From NCBI GenBank assembly GCA_964057225.1, contig OZ059894.1:13330001-13394000 (forward strand): 64,000 nucleotides of DNA, written 5' to 3'. Origin of the DNA: Auanema rhodensis (taxonomy: Eukaryota > Animalia > Nematoda). A program made the translations under genes and the position numbers. Positions 38,370 to 52,253 of the stretch are shown piece after piece; the first letter of the stretch is position 1; each line of letters starts with the position of its first letter. Under the pieces are notes generated by a model. The model did not search any database and had not been told where the DNA came from. It saw only the letters and a program-made list of their open reading frames with translations.

Positions 38370-38488
38370 AATCATTTTTCTTTTGTGTTATATTATGTAT
38401 ATAATAATTATTTCAATATATTAATAATTAATTTATAAATATTTCTCATTCAAAATTAATACAAGTTAATAAACTGAGCAGTTTAAAA

Positions 38489-39251
38489 TTAAATTGCGAG
38501 TGTATCGTTTTTTTGAGGTGATGCTTCGAGTATTTCAGTTGTATTAGCTCCAGAAAGCACTCCATGATTATTCTTCACTGTTGTAAATATAGCACTCCAG
38601 ACATCTTTGATAATGATAGGAACTATTTCCTTTACACCTAGAGACAAAACATTGCTACAACTTCTGTTCTGAGTTAGAACCTTGCACAATTCCAAACCCT
38701 GAATTGCATTCAGTTGCACGTATACATTTGTTTTCTGATAGGTCCCGTACATATCCTGACGAACATATGCATGCTGTTCGACATCCGTTCTATAAAATCA
38801 TTGCTAAGACGAGGAATTATACAAAATGTTTTGGAACAAACCAAAGTACATAATTTAGACATTTGGGCACAAGTTGTTTCACATTGAGCGCAGCTCCAGA
38901 TTTCGTTCTCACCACATTTCTCCACCTCTTGAAAATTTAGTAATTACAATCATCATATGATATTCTAACTTTTTAAATTAACAATATTTGGAGTTTGCTG
39001 TCGAGTTTTCGTCCAACTTAAAAATGTTGAGCATTCAGGATGTGAACTCTAAATACAAAGAATAACATTCAATGCCTCATTTCTGTTGAAGTAACCTGTT
39101 GCCCTGTTTGAATCCAATATTCACACCAATCAATATGAGATTCAGTGAAATGAATTAATAAAATCTAAAATTATTATTAGTGCTACTAAGAGAAGAAAGA
39201 ACTAAGACTTACAACTAATAAGTATAATGAAGCCAAAGTAGTTGATGTCAT
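38489..39251 (-). CDS. Secreted trypsin-inhibitor-like (TIL) cysteine-rich protein
   Basis: Signal-like N-terminus. Spliced 10-Cys TIL domain CGENEIWSCAQCETTCAQMSKLCTL|NGCRTACICSSGYVRDLSENKCIRATEC. Confidence 0.82.
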
Positions 39252-39823
39252 TGTGGAAATTTGAAATTCTTAGGAATGAAAGATGTCTTTGAGCACAAGA
39301 ATGAACTCAGTTCAGAAGTGTGAAACTGATATTATCGTCCCACCTCCTAGTATGGGTTTCCTTAGCACGTTCATTATCCGAAAAGAAAACACAATGAAAC
39401 CGTTAATTCTTTTAGATGATCCTGATACAGATCACGAGCAATCAAGGTTCAAGTTGAATTAGTCACGTTTCAATTTTTTGTATTAGAAAGTGTAAAACAA
39501 AACAATGGTATAGAAAAAAAATTTATTTTTTATTTATATGTATATTACTATTGATCATAATTTAATATTAATTAATTTTAAAATGAAAGATTCAATGGAA
39601 TTAATTTATGAAAGCGAGTATCTACCCGGATTAATACTGTAGTTTTGATAGAAGTAGCTAGTTTGGTAAGATAGCATAATAATAAGATATATATAAATAT
39701 AAATATATATATAATTAAGTAATGAAATCAAACAAAATACAAACAGATTATTATGTGAATGCTGAAAGACATAAAGAGATTCATATATATGTATATATAA
39801 GTATCATTAGAAGATAATGATTA

Positions 39824-42800
39824 CTATGCAGCCCAGCTCAATCTTCTATAAGAAGAATCAAAACATAATGGTGAATATTCTGGACAATCAATCATGCTAT
39901 ATCGTGGATGAAGATAATGATTTACAAATGGAGTTGAGGATGACATAGAGGATGAAGATGATGATGATGATGATGATGATGATGAGGAGGAGGAGGAAGA
40001 GGAAGCAGATGATTCCTTCGTTGGATATGAAGCTTGAAGTGGTAGAATCATATTTGAATGCACATATCGATAAGCATCGTGAGCTTGTTGAGGTGAATGA
40101 TTAGTTGTTAATGTGTTGGCTACTGGAGCAGCTACACATATTTGATGTTCTATCGATGGTTGTTCAACCTGAAATAATCAACTTAATAATATAAGAATTC
40201 ATAATTAATGCTAACTGTATAATACTATTTTTTTTATAAAAAAAAATATATATTGTTATTAATTTGCAAAATCTATAAAAAAATTTAAATCAAGAAGATG
40301 CAGAAAAAATATTATAACGAGCGCATGGATATAAAGGTATTTGAGTGAAACGTCCGAAAATCTTTCTTTGTACGAAAACAATCAATGTATAAACAAATAA
40401 TAATACTTTACGGGGTTTTTTTCTTTTCACAATCAAATACTTTCGTTTAGGAAAAACTCACCTGTCGGAAAAATTCGTCTAAGTCATCACGTAAATCTGG
40501 TAAAGTTCCTTTGATAGTATGCATTTCTCCAAATAAGGGAAGCGACTCTATAGATTGCATAGGTTGAGAGAGAAGAGACGAATGAAGTGATGACGAAGAC
40601 TCAGGCGATGAACTTTCTGGTGTGTACATTGATAGCCCTCCGTTTGTTTTATAAGGAATCTCAACTTTAATCTGTAATGGAGATAAGTTTATATACAAAG
40701 CTTATGAAAGTATATAGTACTTGTTGAGAAGAGTACAATGACATCAAGTTTGAATTGAAGTTCTCTTGTTGTTTAATAGGTATTCTATAATCATTTCGAT
40801 TAGTTTCTGTAGCAGATGCTGTTGGTATATCTGGAGATACGGGAGGAATTGGCTTTTCCTGAAAATATGTTTAACAATTAACAACTTTAGAATTTGATTA
40901 TTACATCCGATATTGGAGAATCTTGACAAGAAAACGAAGCTGGATATGTATGTCTCATATTGTAAATCCAACTATTAGCTTGTAATGTAGCTGCTTCCAT
41001 ATTCCTATAAGAAAAAATAATTTTTCAATATGTTTGAAAAATACAATCTTACGTCAAAATTTGATGATAACAAAAGATAATATGCCGAACTCGTTTACCA
41101 TCGCGAACCTCTTGAGAAAAGTTTGCTCTTACAGCAAAAACCTGTAATAGTTAAGATATAAATATTAATTTTAATTTTAATTCATGACATACCGTGTGCA
41201 ACCAAATCCATCTACCGTCAGCTGTTTGAATTTTAAAAAGGGATAACACAGAGCCTTCTTTTTCTTGACATACTAAAGTGATTAATGTGAAGAAAAATAT
41301 ATTTTTTTAAAAGTTCATACACAGCCTATGCTTATATGCTAGTTCAGGGACATGGGAAGGATGTACTAATTGATACCAACTTAATTGATCTATGGATTCT
41401 CTACTGTATCCTAAATGATGTAAAAACCTGAAAAAAAATTATATTACGCTTAATTAATTGAATATTTACATGCTATCCACTTCTTTGAATGTCATATCCA
41501 AGAAATGTTGTGTTGAAAATACAGTAGTATTTCCTGTTGATAAGGCTTCCGCATTCTCAGGATTTATTAATGGATGACAGTATGCAGCGAATATCGGTTG
41601 CATCTTAAAAAAATAAATAGATTAGCTTAGGATTTGTATTCAAAATTTTAATTAATGTAAATAAACAATTATAAACAAAATTATCAATACTTACTAAACT
41701 GATTGGAGTATCAGTTTCAGAAGAGGCATGATAATATTCAGCAGGATGTATATATCTACCTTGAAGTAGTATGAACTGAAAATTAGAATATAGTAGACTC
41801 AAATGGTTTTGTCTTGTTGTTTTACCTTGTGGTACTGTAATTGACGCTTTGCTGCGGCTCTGGTGAGATTTAAGCGACAAATAAATGATCGTTCATCAGG
41901 AAATGATGTTGATTGTGGAGGACCACTTCCTAGTTCAGCCTAATATTCAATATTTAGATTTCATTTTTAAAAAATTGAATTAAATTAAATTTTACTTGAA
42001 TAGTAGCGTGATCTCTGTGATCAACTAGATCATATATAGAATCTCCTTGACACATAATTTCTTCAACAGAATGGCCCAAATATTCGCAAGCATTTTCCGA
42101 AACATGAAGCATCTTCCCACTCCTTGTAAGCATAAGCATAAATCCACGCAGAGTTTTTCCTATTTCCACACCTTTGGGAGTATTATTCAGAGGCAAAAAA
42201 TTTCTTACAACTTAAATAAGATAATATATGATAAGTTTCTTTTAGTTTTTAGTATTACCATGAGATAAGTAACGATGTTTTCTCATATAAATACAACCTA
42301 AAGACATAATTTGCAACTGATATAATCGATCTTTAATAGATTCTGAGAGTGGTAAAAGATCACGTAATCGCTGAATTTCAATGTTTATTTGATCTCTTCG
42401 TTGTTTTGAAGCTCCTCTGGTGGATCTAAACATGAAAAAGTACAAAATCATTTTCAAATTTTTATATATTTCCTTTAAAAGGATATTATTTCATAACGAA
42501 GCCTATGAAAATGCTCCGTTTAAGTTTTAGTTCTCAACGAAATCTGTATTTACTTATTGTATTGACCTTCTGTGACGTCGAATATTGACTATGTTAATTT
42601 TATCGGAAAAGTGAGACGAGAAGTACGATATATTGAGGACAGAAAAGAGAAATGAAGAAAGAGAGAATAGAGAGAATAAAGAAAATGATAGTAGATAGGG
42701 AGTAGTAAAGAAAAGAGAATGAAGAGAGAAAAGATCTTCTTATTTGTTTATTGAAAATGGACATACAACAGACTACTACAAATATTATTTACTCTTGTCT

Positions 42801-43415
42801 AGTTCGCTTTTCTGGTCATTTAAACACGCGCGCGCTCACCTACAGACAACGAAAATGAAATTAAACGATAAATTTTGCAGTATTCAATAAGTTTCTTTAT
42901 ATAAATGAAAAAAAAATATTGAGGTCGAAAAGTAAAATTATATAATACTTTATAGTGAACAAGATAACTCGAATTCATAAAGTATACTGTAGTGAAATAG
43001 AATATTATCTACAGTATGATATATACTGCACCGAAAAATAGAAATATGAATAAAGAATACAAATAATTAAAAAGAAAACTTCCAAAAATATTAAATAATC
43101 AGAATCAATCAAATTCTTCAATGAAAATAAATAAGAAAATATTTTAAAAATATGATTAACTAATCGATTGAAACTATGAAATTATGAAAAGGCTAACAAG
43201 GAGAAATGTGAGAACTAAAAATTATCAGAAAATTGGTTTTAGATTTCATTAACAATAACAAAAATGAGTACAAACCGTTGAGTGATAGTAGAAGAATTGG
43301 AAAGACATGCTGATCTGTTTTCAGATAATGTGCCAGAAGATGTGATGGAACATGGCGACGACTGTTGTATTGCCGTGGTCATCAGAGGAGGAAATAGAGG
43401 AGTAGTTGTGGACAT
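39824..43415 (-). CDS. cky-1: bHLH-PAS transcription factor CKY-1 (NPAS4/dysfusion orthologue)
   Basis: Exon 43276-43415 splices in phase into [27 protein letters not shown]...[42 protein letters not shown]; PAS-B WYQLVHP; poly-Ser tract; YRRLSWAA*. Confidence 0.9.
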
Positions 43416-43638
43416 TGACAGTCTCCACTACTTCTTCTGTGATGTTCCGTTATTTCGTGTATACCTTCGTCACCGGGCAAATCGTCCGGTCACGCCCCGA
43501 GGGCAAAGGTGCACACGTCATCGTCACGCAAAACTTTCTCTCGTATGTCTTCTTCCGCTATCTCACTACTCTTCTAACGTCCTTTTCCCTTTCTCTTTCC
43601 TTCTCTACCTATCCCTTTTCCTTTTCCTTTAAACCTCA

Positions 43639-44066
43639 GTGACGTCACAAACTCTTTGCTTGTCTTCCCCTTACGAGAAAAGACAAATACTGTATTACTA
43701 AAAGAGAGAACAGAGAATGGTCAGTGAGAGAAGATTATAAGTTCAATAATTGATAGAAAGAGTGTCCGAAGCTTCATTTAAATTATATAATTCTTTTTGA
43801 AGATGCATACAATGATCAAAGATGAGTTAAATCATTATAGCTTATGAACAGGCTACTGTTTGTCTTATAATCTTAAAAGCAATATTCAATGAGGTCAAAA
43901 ATTCAGTTATGTTATCATAGTTAAGCTATATTATATGCTTACAAATTTTTAATAATATACCAGTTTCTAAGAAAGTATATAATATTTTTGAAATATCCGG
44001 CACGCGACTGTCTATCTTCAGAATAATTCTATGTAAATGTTTGAGCACTTCCTTCTGTGACGTCAC
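43639..44066. promoter_or_regulatory. Two perfect CRE palindromes GTGACGTCAC upstream of cky-1
   Basis: GTGACGTCAC at 43639-43648 and 44057-44066, plus half-sites near 43513-43527. Confidence 0.65.
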
Positions 44067-44212
44067 TTAAGGTCAAACAGGGAAGACAGGTGTGTCAATA
44101 AACTAAAGGAAAACGAAATAATAGAGTTCATTAAGAAGATCGTGTACAGTTTATTTAGCATGAACTACTTAAATAGTTTTGAAATATGTATCTTCATATA
44201 TTTATTACAATA

Positions 44213-46092
44213 TTAATTTGACAAAGATTTAATCATTTTGTTTCGTTTATGATATATAAGTATATCTTCCATAATTGAACGTACTTTTTCAGTCATTCTC
44301 ACAGTACTCTGAAAATAATAAAATAAATGATTAAGAATAATTATATAAAATTATAATGAATTAATATAATTTTTATGAAAAATAAAAAATAAGCATGAGA
44401 AAAAATAAAGTTGAATTGAAATCAACTTTATGACTCGTCTTTCTAATTCTTAAAAGGATTACCTCCAGTTTCTCATTTTCATTTGAACTTGGAAATATGT
44501 CCATTACTCCAACAAATAAAGGTAAAAGACAGAATCCTACTATTGGTAAAAGTTGATATAAGGATTCTTTGAACTTAAAAAGGTTTATAAATATTAAAAA
44601 AATAAATTATAGTTATCAACTGTTTCTAATTCATACGGCACAGTATTTCCACATTTTCTCACTAAATCTGAATAGAAATCATTTATCAGATAATCCAAAT
44701 ATTTTCTTCGATCCAATCCACTTAAGCATGACATTATCGTTCGAAGTACATCAATTGCTGGGAGATGAAAATTGGCACTCTGTCAAATATTATTTGTACT
44801 TAGCCCTCTTTGCAAACTTAATACTTGAAAATCAATGAAAGCGTGTGGAATCAATTCTCCTTCAATCTCTTGTGATTTTAAAAATATGATATTCCCTGAC
44901 CAAATATCGCCATGAGTTAGTACTTTACAGATTCCTTAAATTAAATTTCAAAACCCCATAAAGTTTAAATATAACCTAATTTATCTTCTATACTATTATA
45001 AAAATTAAAATCCATGATTTCCGGCAATTCCTAAAATTTTAATTCATAATAGTTGATTTATAAAAAAAACATTCTTCTCTGATTTCCATAAAGAGATCAT
45101 CATCTATTCCACATTGTCGAATCATTCTCATAACAGACTGTTGACTCTGAAAGATGTGTGTAGTTCTATATAATTTAAAAAATTTAAATTACTAACTTTT
45201 GGATCTCTCATATCTAAAACTTTATCTTCACAGAGGTTTACATCGAAGTTTCTCTCTTCGTGAGAAAATTTGATTCCAACAGCTTGTAATGAAGCAACAA
45301 GATGTAAAATCTAGACAGTATCTGGTATTGTTTACTATGACTCAATCTTACGTTAACAACTTCTTGTATTTGAAGATTTTGATATTGTGAAACACTTACA
45401 GCATTTGGTATATATTCCATCATTATATAACCTTTATTATTGTCTGAATCCATTGTTTCACAGTGATAAATCTGAAAAATACAAGTATTTCTTATATTCT
45501 TATCGTATTATTTTCTAAGCTTACATCAAGTATAGGTACTTTATTATTTTTCTTGTATTTTAGAAGAATATTATATAATTTACATTCATTATTATGTAAC
45601 TGAAAATATTTGAGAATATAAATTCAAATTGGATATTGTAATAAACCAATCTAAGATTACTTAAGGCAAACAAAATAGTTTCCTTATCTGAAAGAATGGG
45701 CTCTTTGTTTTGAGCAAAAAGATTACTTGACATTTCAACTAGCGAAATCAGTGTACTTATCTGAAATATTTTATTCTGATTTCAATTCAATCATTTAAAC
45801 TAGCCTTTACAACAAATTCTTTAGGTAAATCAAAACTATTCTTCTCCCAGTTTGGCTTAATCAAACAGATTTTCGACATAAATCCCTGTATCAATATTAT
45901 GAATTCAACTAATTAGAAGAAACTAACTTTCATATCTCCAATGCTACTATATGACATATGAGAACCAAATTTAGCATTATTTCCATATAAATCCTGACAC
46001 TTTTCCTCAATTTCATTCATATATATCGTAGTTTGAAACAACCCTTTTCCAATAAGACAGTTAAACATAGTTCTGAATTCCGTTGGAGACAT
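44213..46092 (-). CDS. Nematode CHK/EcKinase-like (DUF1679-type, APH-like) small-molecule kinase
   Basis: GFMSKICLIKPNW...LPKEFVVK, LHNNECKLY, NKGYIMMEY, VLTHGDIWSGNIIF, IDFQ. Confidence 0.82.
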
Positions 46093-46323
46093 AACTGAGT
46101 ATTATAGATTAATAAATGTTAATAAGCATATTGGAAGATAAGTAACGATAATAACATTTTAAATAAATAAATATTAAGCAATCAGTTTTTTTTTAAAAAC
46201 ACTATGTGATAACAATAAAATATATATAATAATGTAAAGATGTTCACATAAAAACAACTTTTTGTTGATATTCAAGAATCACTTTTGTATAAGTGGAGCT
46301 GTATCTCCATTAGTATTCTCTCC

Positions 46324-49300
46324 TTAATTACTGTAATGTTTCTCTCGTTTAACAGATTTTAACTTACTAGGCTCAGATTGCCATAATTCTCTTGCAGCTG
46401 TTGATGATTCTGATACAGATGATGGCATATACGCTAGAACGTTTAAGTTAATAACTTAAAATATAATTTATATATTTCACCTTCATTTGTCCAAAACGCG
46501 AAGTCAGATTCGAGAAATAGCTTTTTCTGTTCAGCAGTCATACCGTAATATGGTTTACATATCTTTTGATATAGATTCTCTGTTGGTGCACTTGTAGTAT
46601 TCTCTAAATCCCATAGATTTTGACCTGGTTTCTCCATTTCAGTAAATAAATCAGAATTAACTATCTCAGCTGACTGAAATAAATTTTATTTTGAAAAAAA
46701 AAACCTATTTCAAGTTACAATTAATAATTCTTGTAAGGTTTTATGCAAAATTGCAAATGGAGGCCTTTGCTCTGGATAGGTTGCCCAACATTCTCTCATC
46801 ATCTTATATATCTACAAAGTAAAATCAGTTACCACTCTGTTATATTCTTTAAATTTTTTACCGACATAGGAGTACCTATAGGTGCTCCAAGTCTTTCACC
46901 TCTTCGCAATAAGCGAACAACTGATTGAATGGATTCTGTTGGATAAGGAACTGTTCCTAACGAAAATATTTCCCAAAGTACAACGCCTGTTGAAAAAAGA
47001 TCAAAGTTCCAATTCTTAAAAAAATAAATCATACCAAAAGACCATACATCAGTCTTGGAACAAAAAAACCCATCTTGTATAGCTTCTGGGGGCATCCATT
47101 TCACAGGCAAAACAGTTTTTGCGCGAACTCCTTCCATACTGTAATAGCAACTGAAAAGACAGCATGTGTATTTCTTAGTTAAACAAAAATTGAATAAAAC
47201 CTGTATAGTTCCTCTGCCAATCCAAAATCACCCACTTTAACTCGCATATCAGGTCCTAAAGTTGTCAACAAACAGTTTCTTGCAGCTAAATCTCGATGAA
47301 CATATCGTAGTTTTTCAATTATAGCACATCCTAAAACAGTTCATTTAAAAAATAATATTCTAAACTATATACCTTCAGCAACATCAAGAGCAAATTTGGT
47401 TAATGTCTTTGTTGTTATATTTTGAGGATTTCTTTCATTCTAAATGACATTTGTTAGACACGAGAATAATTTTTGAGAGAGATTTACTTCATTAGATCTA
47501 CATGACCTCAGAAACTGAAGTAAATTACCACCTGCCATTAACTCCATAACAATCATGTGAGGTACAACATCAAATGAGGCTCCAATGACTTGAATAGTTG
47601 CGTCAGCAGCTGTATTCGATGACCTGTATCACTACTATATACAATCTATATTAAAAATCTTTTTGATACCTCATTAAAACCGCTTCCATTATAAACTCTC
47701 TTTTTGCTATTTCTGTTTTCATAAGACCTTGATTCAAAACTACAATGTATCCGTGTTTACCGTAAATTAGATAAAGACCTTGCCTTTCACAGCTACTTCA
47801 AGCTTTTTTCCATTTCTCGTTAGTTCAGCTTTAAATACTTCTCCAAATGCTCCATGACCAATAATGCTATGAATTAATTTAGTTTAAACTGTAAATATAC
47901 AAATATATATTAACCAAGTTAATAAAATAGATGATCGGACAAGAGCAGGAAGTTTCTTCAATAATTCATCATTTGGTAAACGAGTTAGCGATCTGGATGT
48001 TGGTGTATTTAGTTCAGTCAAATCAACAAACGGATACTGAAGTTATAAAATATTAGTAATGAAAAATAGATCAAACAACATGCTTGTTCTTTCTTCTGGA
48101 ATGTGAACAACGGAGACCTAATGATTTGAGTAATTTTACGAATCCAATATACTATAAGATATAAGAAAATAAGAAATATACATATATAGTAATACATACA
48201 CTTACCAGAAGTATAATATCTTCTTAAACTCATAAGAACTATAAGAAATAACACAATACATGTTAAATATTTAATTAAAACAAGAATAACGGAATGCAAT
48301 GTTGATAGTTGACCTAGAATAAGAAAAGAGGTAAAGAACTTGAAATGTGATTCAAAAAAACCTTCGAAACAGTGTGGACTGGAAGAGAAATTATCAAGAG
48401 CAATGTAATGTAAATGCTGTTGTTTATGATATCGCGCTTGAAATTCCAAGTAATACGGTGATGGCTGAACATATTACCTTTAAAAAAAAGAGTTTTTGTA
48501 AATTTACTTGATTTCCAACTATAACAACGGCTTTTTTCCATAAACAACCTTTTGAATGTCTGAAATATTTTAAAGTTAAGAAAAAAAACTTAAGATCATT
48601 GAACAAACTGAAAAATATGTGGTACATTCCATAATCGTTTTGTCTGATTTTTCTCATTTCGTAAATAAAGAGAAAAATCATATGTTTCTTCTGTTGTACA
48701 ATAATCAAATCGAACCTATTTAAGATAATAATAATATTTTTATAATACTAACTAACTGTGCAATATTTTTCATTTGAATTAGATGGGTATCTTGGGGTAC
48801 GAAGATAACTGATTTCATTATTTATGTTCATATCATTCAACAGTTTCGGAGAAAAAAGTAAAAATTTTCCTTTAAATTTAAGAAATAAAATATGAAAAAA
48901 TAGGAAAAGGTATACCTTTGGTGTTTGGTGTGTTTTTTTCCCTTTCGATTACGGAGGTAGTAGCATCAAATGTATCAATAATTTTGAAACTTGTAGAGTT
49001 ATTCTAAATAAATAACAATAAAGCCTTGATTTCTTATTGATTTATGCATATACTCACCCTATAAAGCATAGATTTGCTATGTATGTCAACAACCCAATTA
49101 GAACAAATACTGCCATTATCAAAGTTGCAACGATAAGGAATGGTTTGATCTAGAAATTAAAAAAAAACATAAACTTCTAGTAAAGTAAATTTGAAACATT
49201 GAAACAAATAAAAACAATAAAAACTTACCACAAAATTTTTCATCACTTCCATCAGGACAATCATTCAAACCATCACATTGTATATCTTCCATACAAACAG

Positions 49301-50894
49301 TATGACTATTAATTAAACAAAGAAAAGGATTTAATAATCCTGAACATTTAATTTGTTCTTTTTTCATTAAAATATCTAAAAGTAAAAGACAATTTGTTTT
49401 GTTTCTTATATAATTATTTTGATTTTACCATTACAGTTATTCCATGTTATATTTGAAATTTTAATTTCTGTATTTTGGTGGTTATGATAAACTCGAAAAT
49501 TAACAGCTGTTGGTCCATTAATCTGTTCAATATCAACAACAATCCATCTGAATTTGTTTCTAAAGAAAAAATTCACAGAAAAAATTGAAATTTTCATTTA
49601 ATAGCTCACCCTTTTTTGTCTAAACGCGTAATATTTTTGATGAACTCATATTCTGAATAAATTTAAAGCAATTTATAATCGATTTGTTAACAAGATACCT
49701 GATAAATTTGGTTTCAATTTGATTAATTCAATCATAAGAAATACATCTTCATTGCCTTTGATCCAATAAAACGCAGATAAAGAACACTAAAATAGCAAAG
49801 CTTATTCAAGATTTATCAAGAAAAGTGATGTAACCTTCTTCGATGTTGTCAAATAGTACGGACTAGTAATCTGTACTTCTCCTTTAGTCATATTTGTAAT
49901 TTTAGCTGTCATGTACATTTGTAAATCTGAAAAAAATAAAATTATCTTTTCCAATATATAGTTGACAATCTTGTATTTTTGAATTTTTGATGTAATTTAA
50001 CATTTTATAGTATTTTCAACATTTACTTATGCATGACCCACTTACATAGAGCTTAATCTGAGCTTCATCGAGTATACCCCCCATAGCCTTATAATTTTAT
50101 GTTTTTCAGTATGATGTTCAAACTTAAATTTATTTCAACGAATAACAGAAAATTATTACCAAATTGTGTTTGTAGTACAATAGATTCAAACCCCTGTGAA
50201 GTCCAGAAACAATTCGTACGGTTAAAACAAAATCCTAAACAAAAATTTAAAATTTATCGAAAATCCCTGCAATCTAACTCTCATTGTTCTCGAAATTTTT
50301 GTTCAATATCTTTGAAGGGCAAATGCAATCAGGTTGTCTCACTATGAACAACTTATCAGAACATTGATGATCACATAAGCATTTTTCTAAAATTAATTAG
50401 TTACACTAACAATGAAATAATTTTACCTTCAATCACAGATATTTGGGTTATGAAGATATGCCTTAATATTTCAATTATAATATATATATAAAGTTAAAAC
50501 GAACTCTTTGTTTTTAGTATTATCTATACATTGTTTAAAATGCATATCATCATTGTATGGATGAAATGAATTGCATGATAACTTAATATAAATCAATTAT
50601 ACTGAATAAGAAATATTCTACATACGTTTTTAATAATTAAAACATCATTGTAGTTATTGGATTCATTACAAGGGTTAATGAATGCAATGATTAAATCCTT
50701 AGCTTTTTGAATATCAACCTAAAAAGTGAAATTCTTTATTAATTATATCATAAAAATATTGGATATACTTCATTAATTGATGAAAATACGGATATTTCAG
50801 TTTTATCTTCTATTTTTCTTTGGTAAATCTGAGATTTCAAGCTTTCACAGTTAGTATGCATAAACACCACTAACAGTATTAAAAATATAGTCAT
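46324..50894 (-). CDS. ALK/LTK (SCD-2)-family receptor tyrosine kinase with MAM-LDLa-MAM ectodomain
   Basis: Signal peptide; MAM1; LDLa CMEDIQCDGLNDCPDGSDEKFC; MAM2 CNFDNGSICSNW...IALDNFSSSPHC; TM; kinase GHGAFGEV, VAVK, ELMAGGNL, HRDLAARN, KVGDFG, LPVKWMPPEA. Confidence 0.85.
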
Positions 50895-51064
50895 CGTAAT
50901 ATCATTTCCAACATCTGTAATATTTACTGTTGATTTTAAATTTGAGTTAAAAATAAATAATAATAATAATAAATGGTTCAAAATCAGTGATACTACTTTT
51001 AAAGGTATCAGTTTATTGATGCTTATATCTGAGCACTGCTCCTTGTGTTCTTTTGGCTCCTTGT

Positions 51065-51300
51065 GGCTTATGTTCTTTCCCTCACTCTGTATCCCCCTCT
51101 CTCTCTGATTCTTGCTTTTTATCTCTCTCTCTTTCTTTTTCTGTATCTGTATCTGTATCTCTGTCTCTCTGCCTCCCCCTTGTCTCTCTTTCTCTCTCTC
51201 TCTTTCGCTCTCTCTATCTCTCTCTCTCTCTCTCTGTCTCTCTCTCCCTCTCTATCCGTATATCATATATCTATCTCTTCCTTTTTATCTCATTTCCTCT
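51065..51300. repeat. Degenerate (CT)n/(CTGTAT)n pyrimidine-rich microsatellite
   Basis: Low-complexity CT tract; a (GT)n tract follows at about 51430. Confidence 0.9.
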
Positions 51301-51547
51301 CATTTGATTTATCAATAAGTTTCTGTTTCTCTGCATTTTGGTTACTATGACTACATCGAGAGTAAAACAGAAAGAGTAATGAAATAGAGAGAGATTAATA
51401 TGCTGAATAAGTTATATATAATATATATATGTGTGTGTGTGTCTGTGTGTGTGTATATACACTTACTATACGCATCTATTTATAAAAAAATTGATTTCTT
51501 ATTAGGTTTTCTGTGATATTCTTAACTTTATCATAATTATTAAAAAT

Positions 51548-52253
51548 TTATTGTTTCATATCTAAAGACATAACCATATTTTCTTCAAATACAACATCCA
51601 TATATTCCAATTTGTCCTGAGTTTTTACTGATAATATTCTCCATTGACTTTCAAATAAATCCTAATTGAAAAATAAAAATCAGTATCATTAAGTTTAAAT
51701 GATATACCTCTTTAGCTTTGATCATTATAACACCCTTAACTGGTACAGTTTCAGCATCGTTACATGAATGATATACAGTTCCTATAACAAACTTAATTGA
51801 ACTTTTTTTTTTATTTGAACAACCTTTATAAGCAATATGTTCTTCAGCATCAGCTGTGCATTTTGCATTTCTTATAAGTTTTTTAATATGAAGAGGATGA
51901 TATGTGATTTTCTCGATTGTGAAACTATCAGCTTGCATTCCAAAGTTTAACAATGCTCTATTAATCTGAATAGAATTGTTAAAATGAGTAAAAAAAAATT
52001 TGATACAGCAAGTTTGATATCACTTTGAACTTTTTTAGATGCATCTTCTAAGGAGTCTTGGCCTTCTTCCGCAGGATCTTCTACAAAACTCCAAGCCACA
52101 GGAGGAGAAATCTCGAAATTGAACATAGCTGTGTCAGAAAGTTTCCCTGAAATACTTTATATCCCAAGATATGAAAAATGAATTACCTGTTCCAGTACTA
52201 CAAGAGGATGAAATGGAAATTAAGCAGGAGATGGAAATGAAGAAAAGTTTCAT
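51548..52253 (-). CDS. Secreted protein of unknown function (four exons)
   Basis: Signal peptide MKLFFISISCLISISSSC, then in-phase exons ...FEISPPVAWSF...GQDSLEDASKKVQSDIKLA|INRALL...|DLFESQW...LDMKQ*. Confidence 0.65.

Noticed and set aside
43282-43642. Plus-strand 116-aa and 78-aa ORFs
   Set aside because: Antisense to cky-1 exon 1 and its GC-richer promoter.
48640-48860. CUB domain in the ALK-like receptor (PRYPSN, YDFLFIY)
   Set aside because: The flanking CNFD..C..W start, CTVRF and IALDN..SPxC end show this is the second MAM domain.
51045-51350. Leu/Ser-rich hydrophobic ORFs
   Set aside because: Translations of CT microsatellite.
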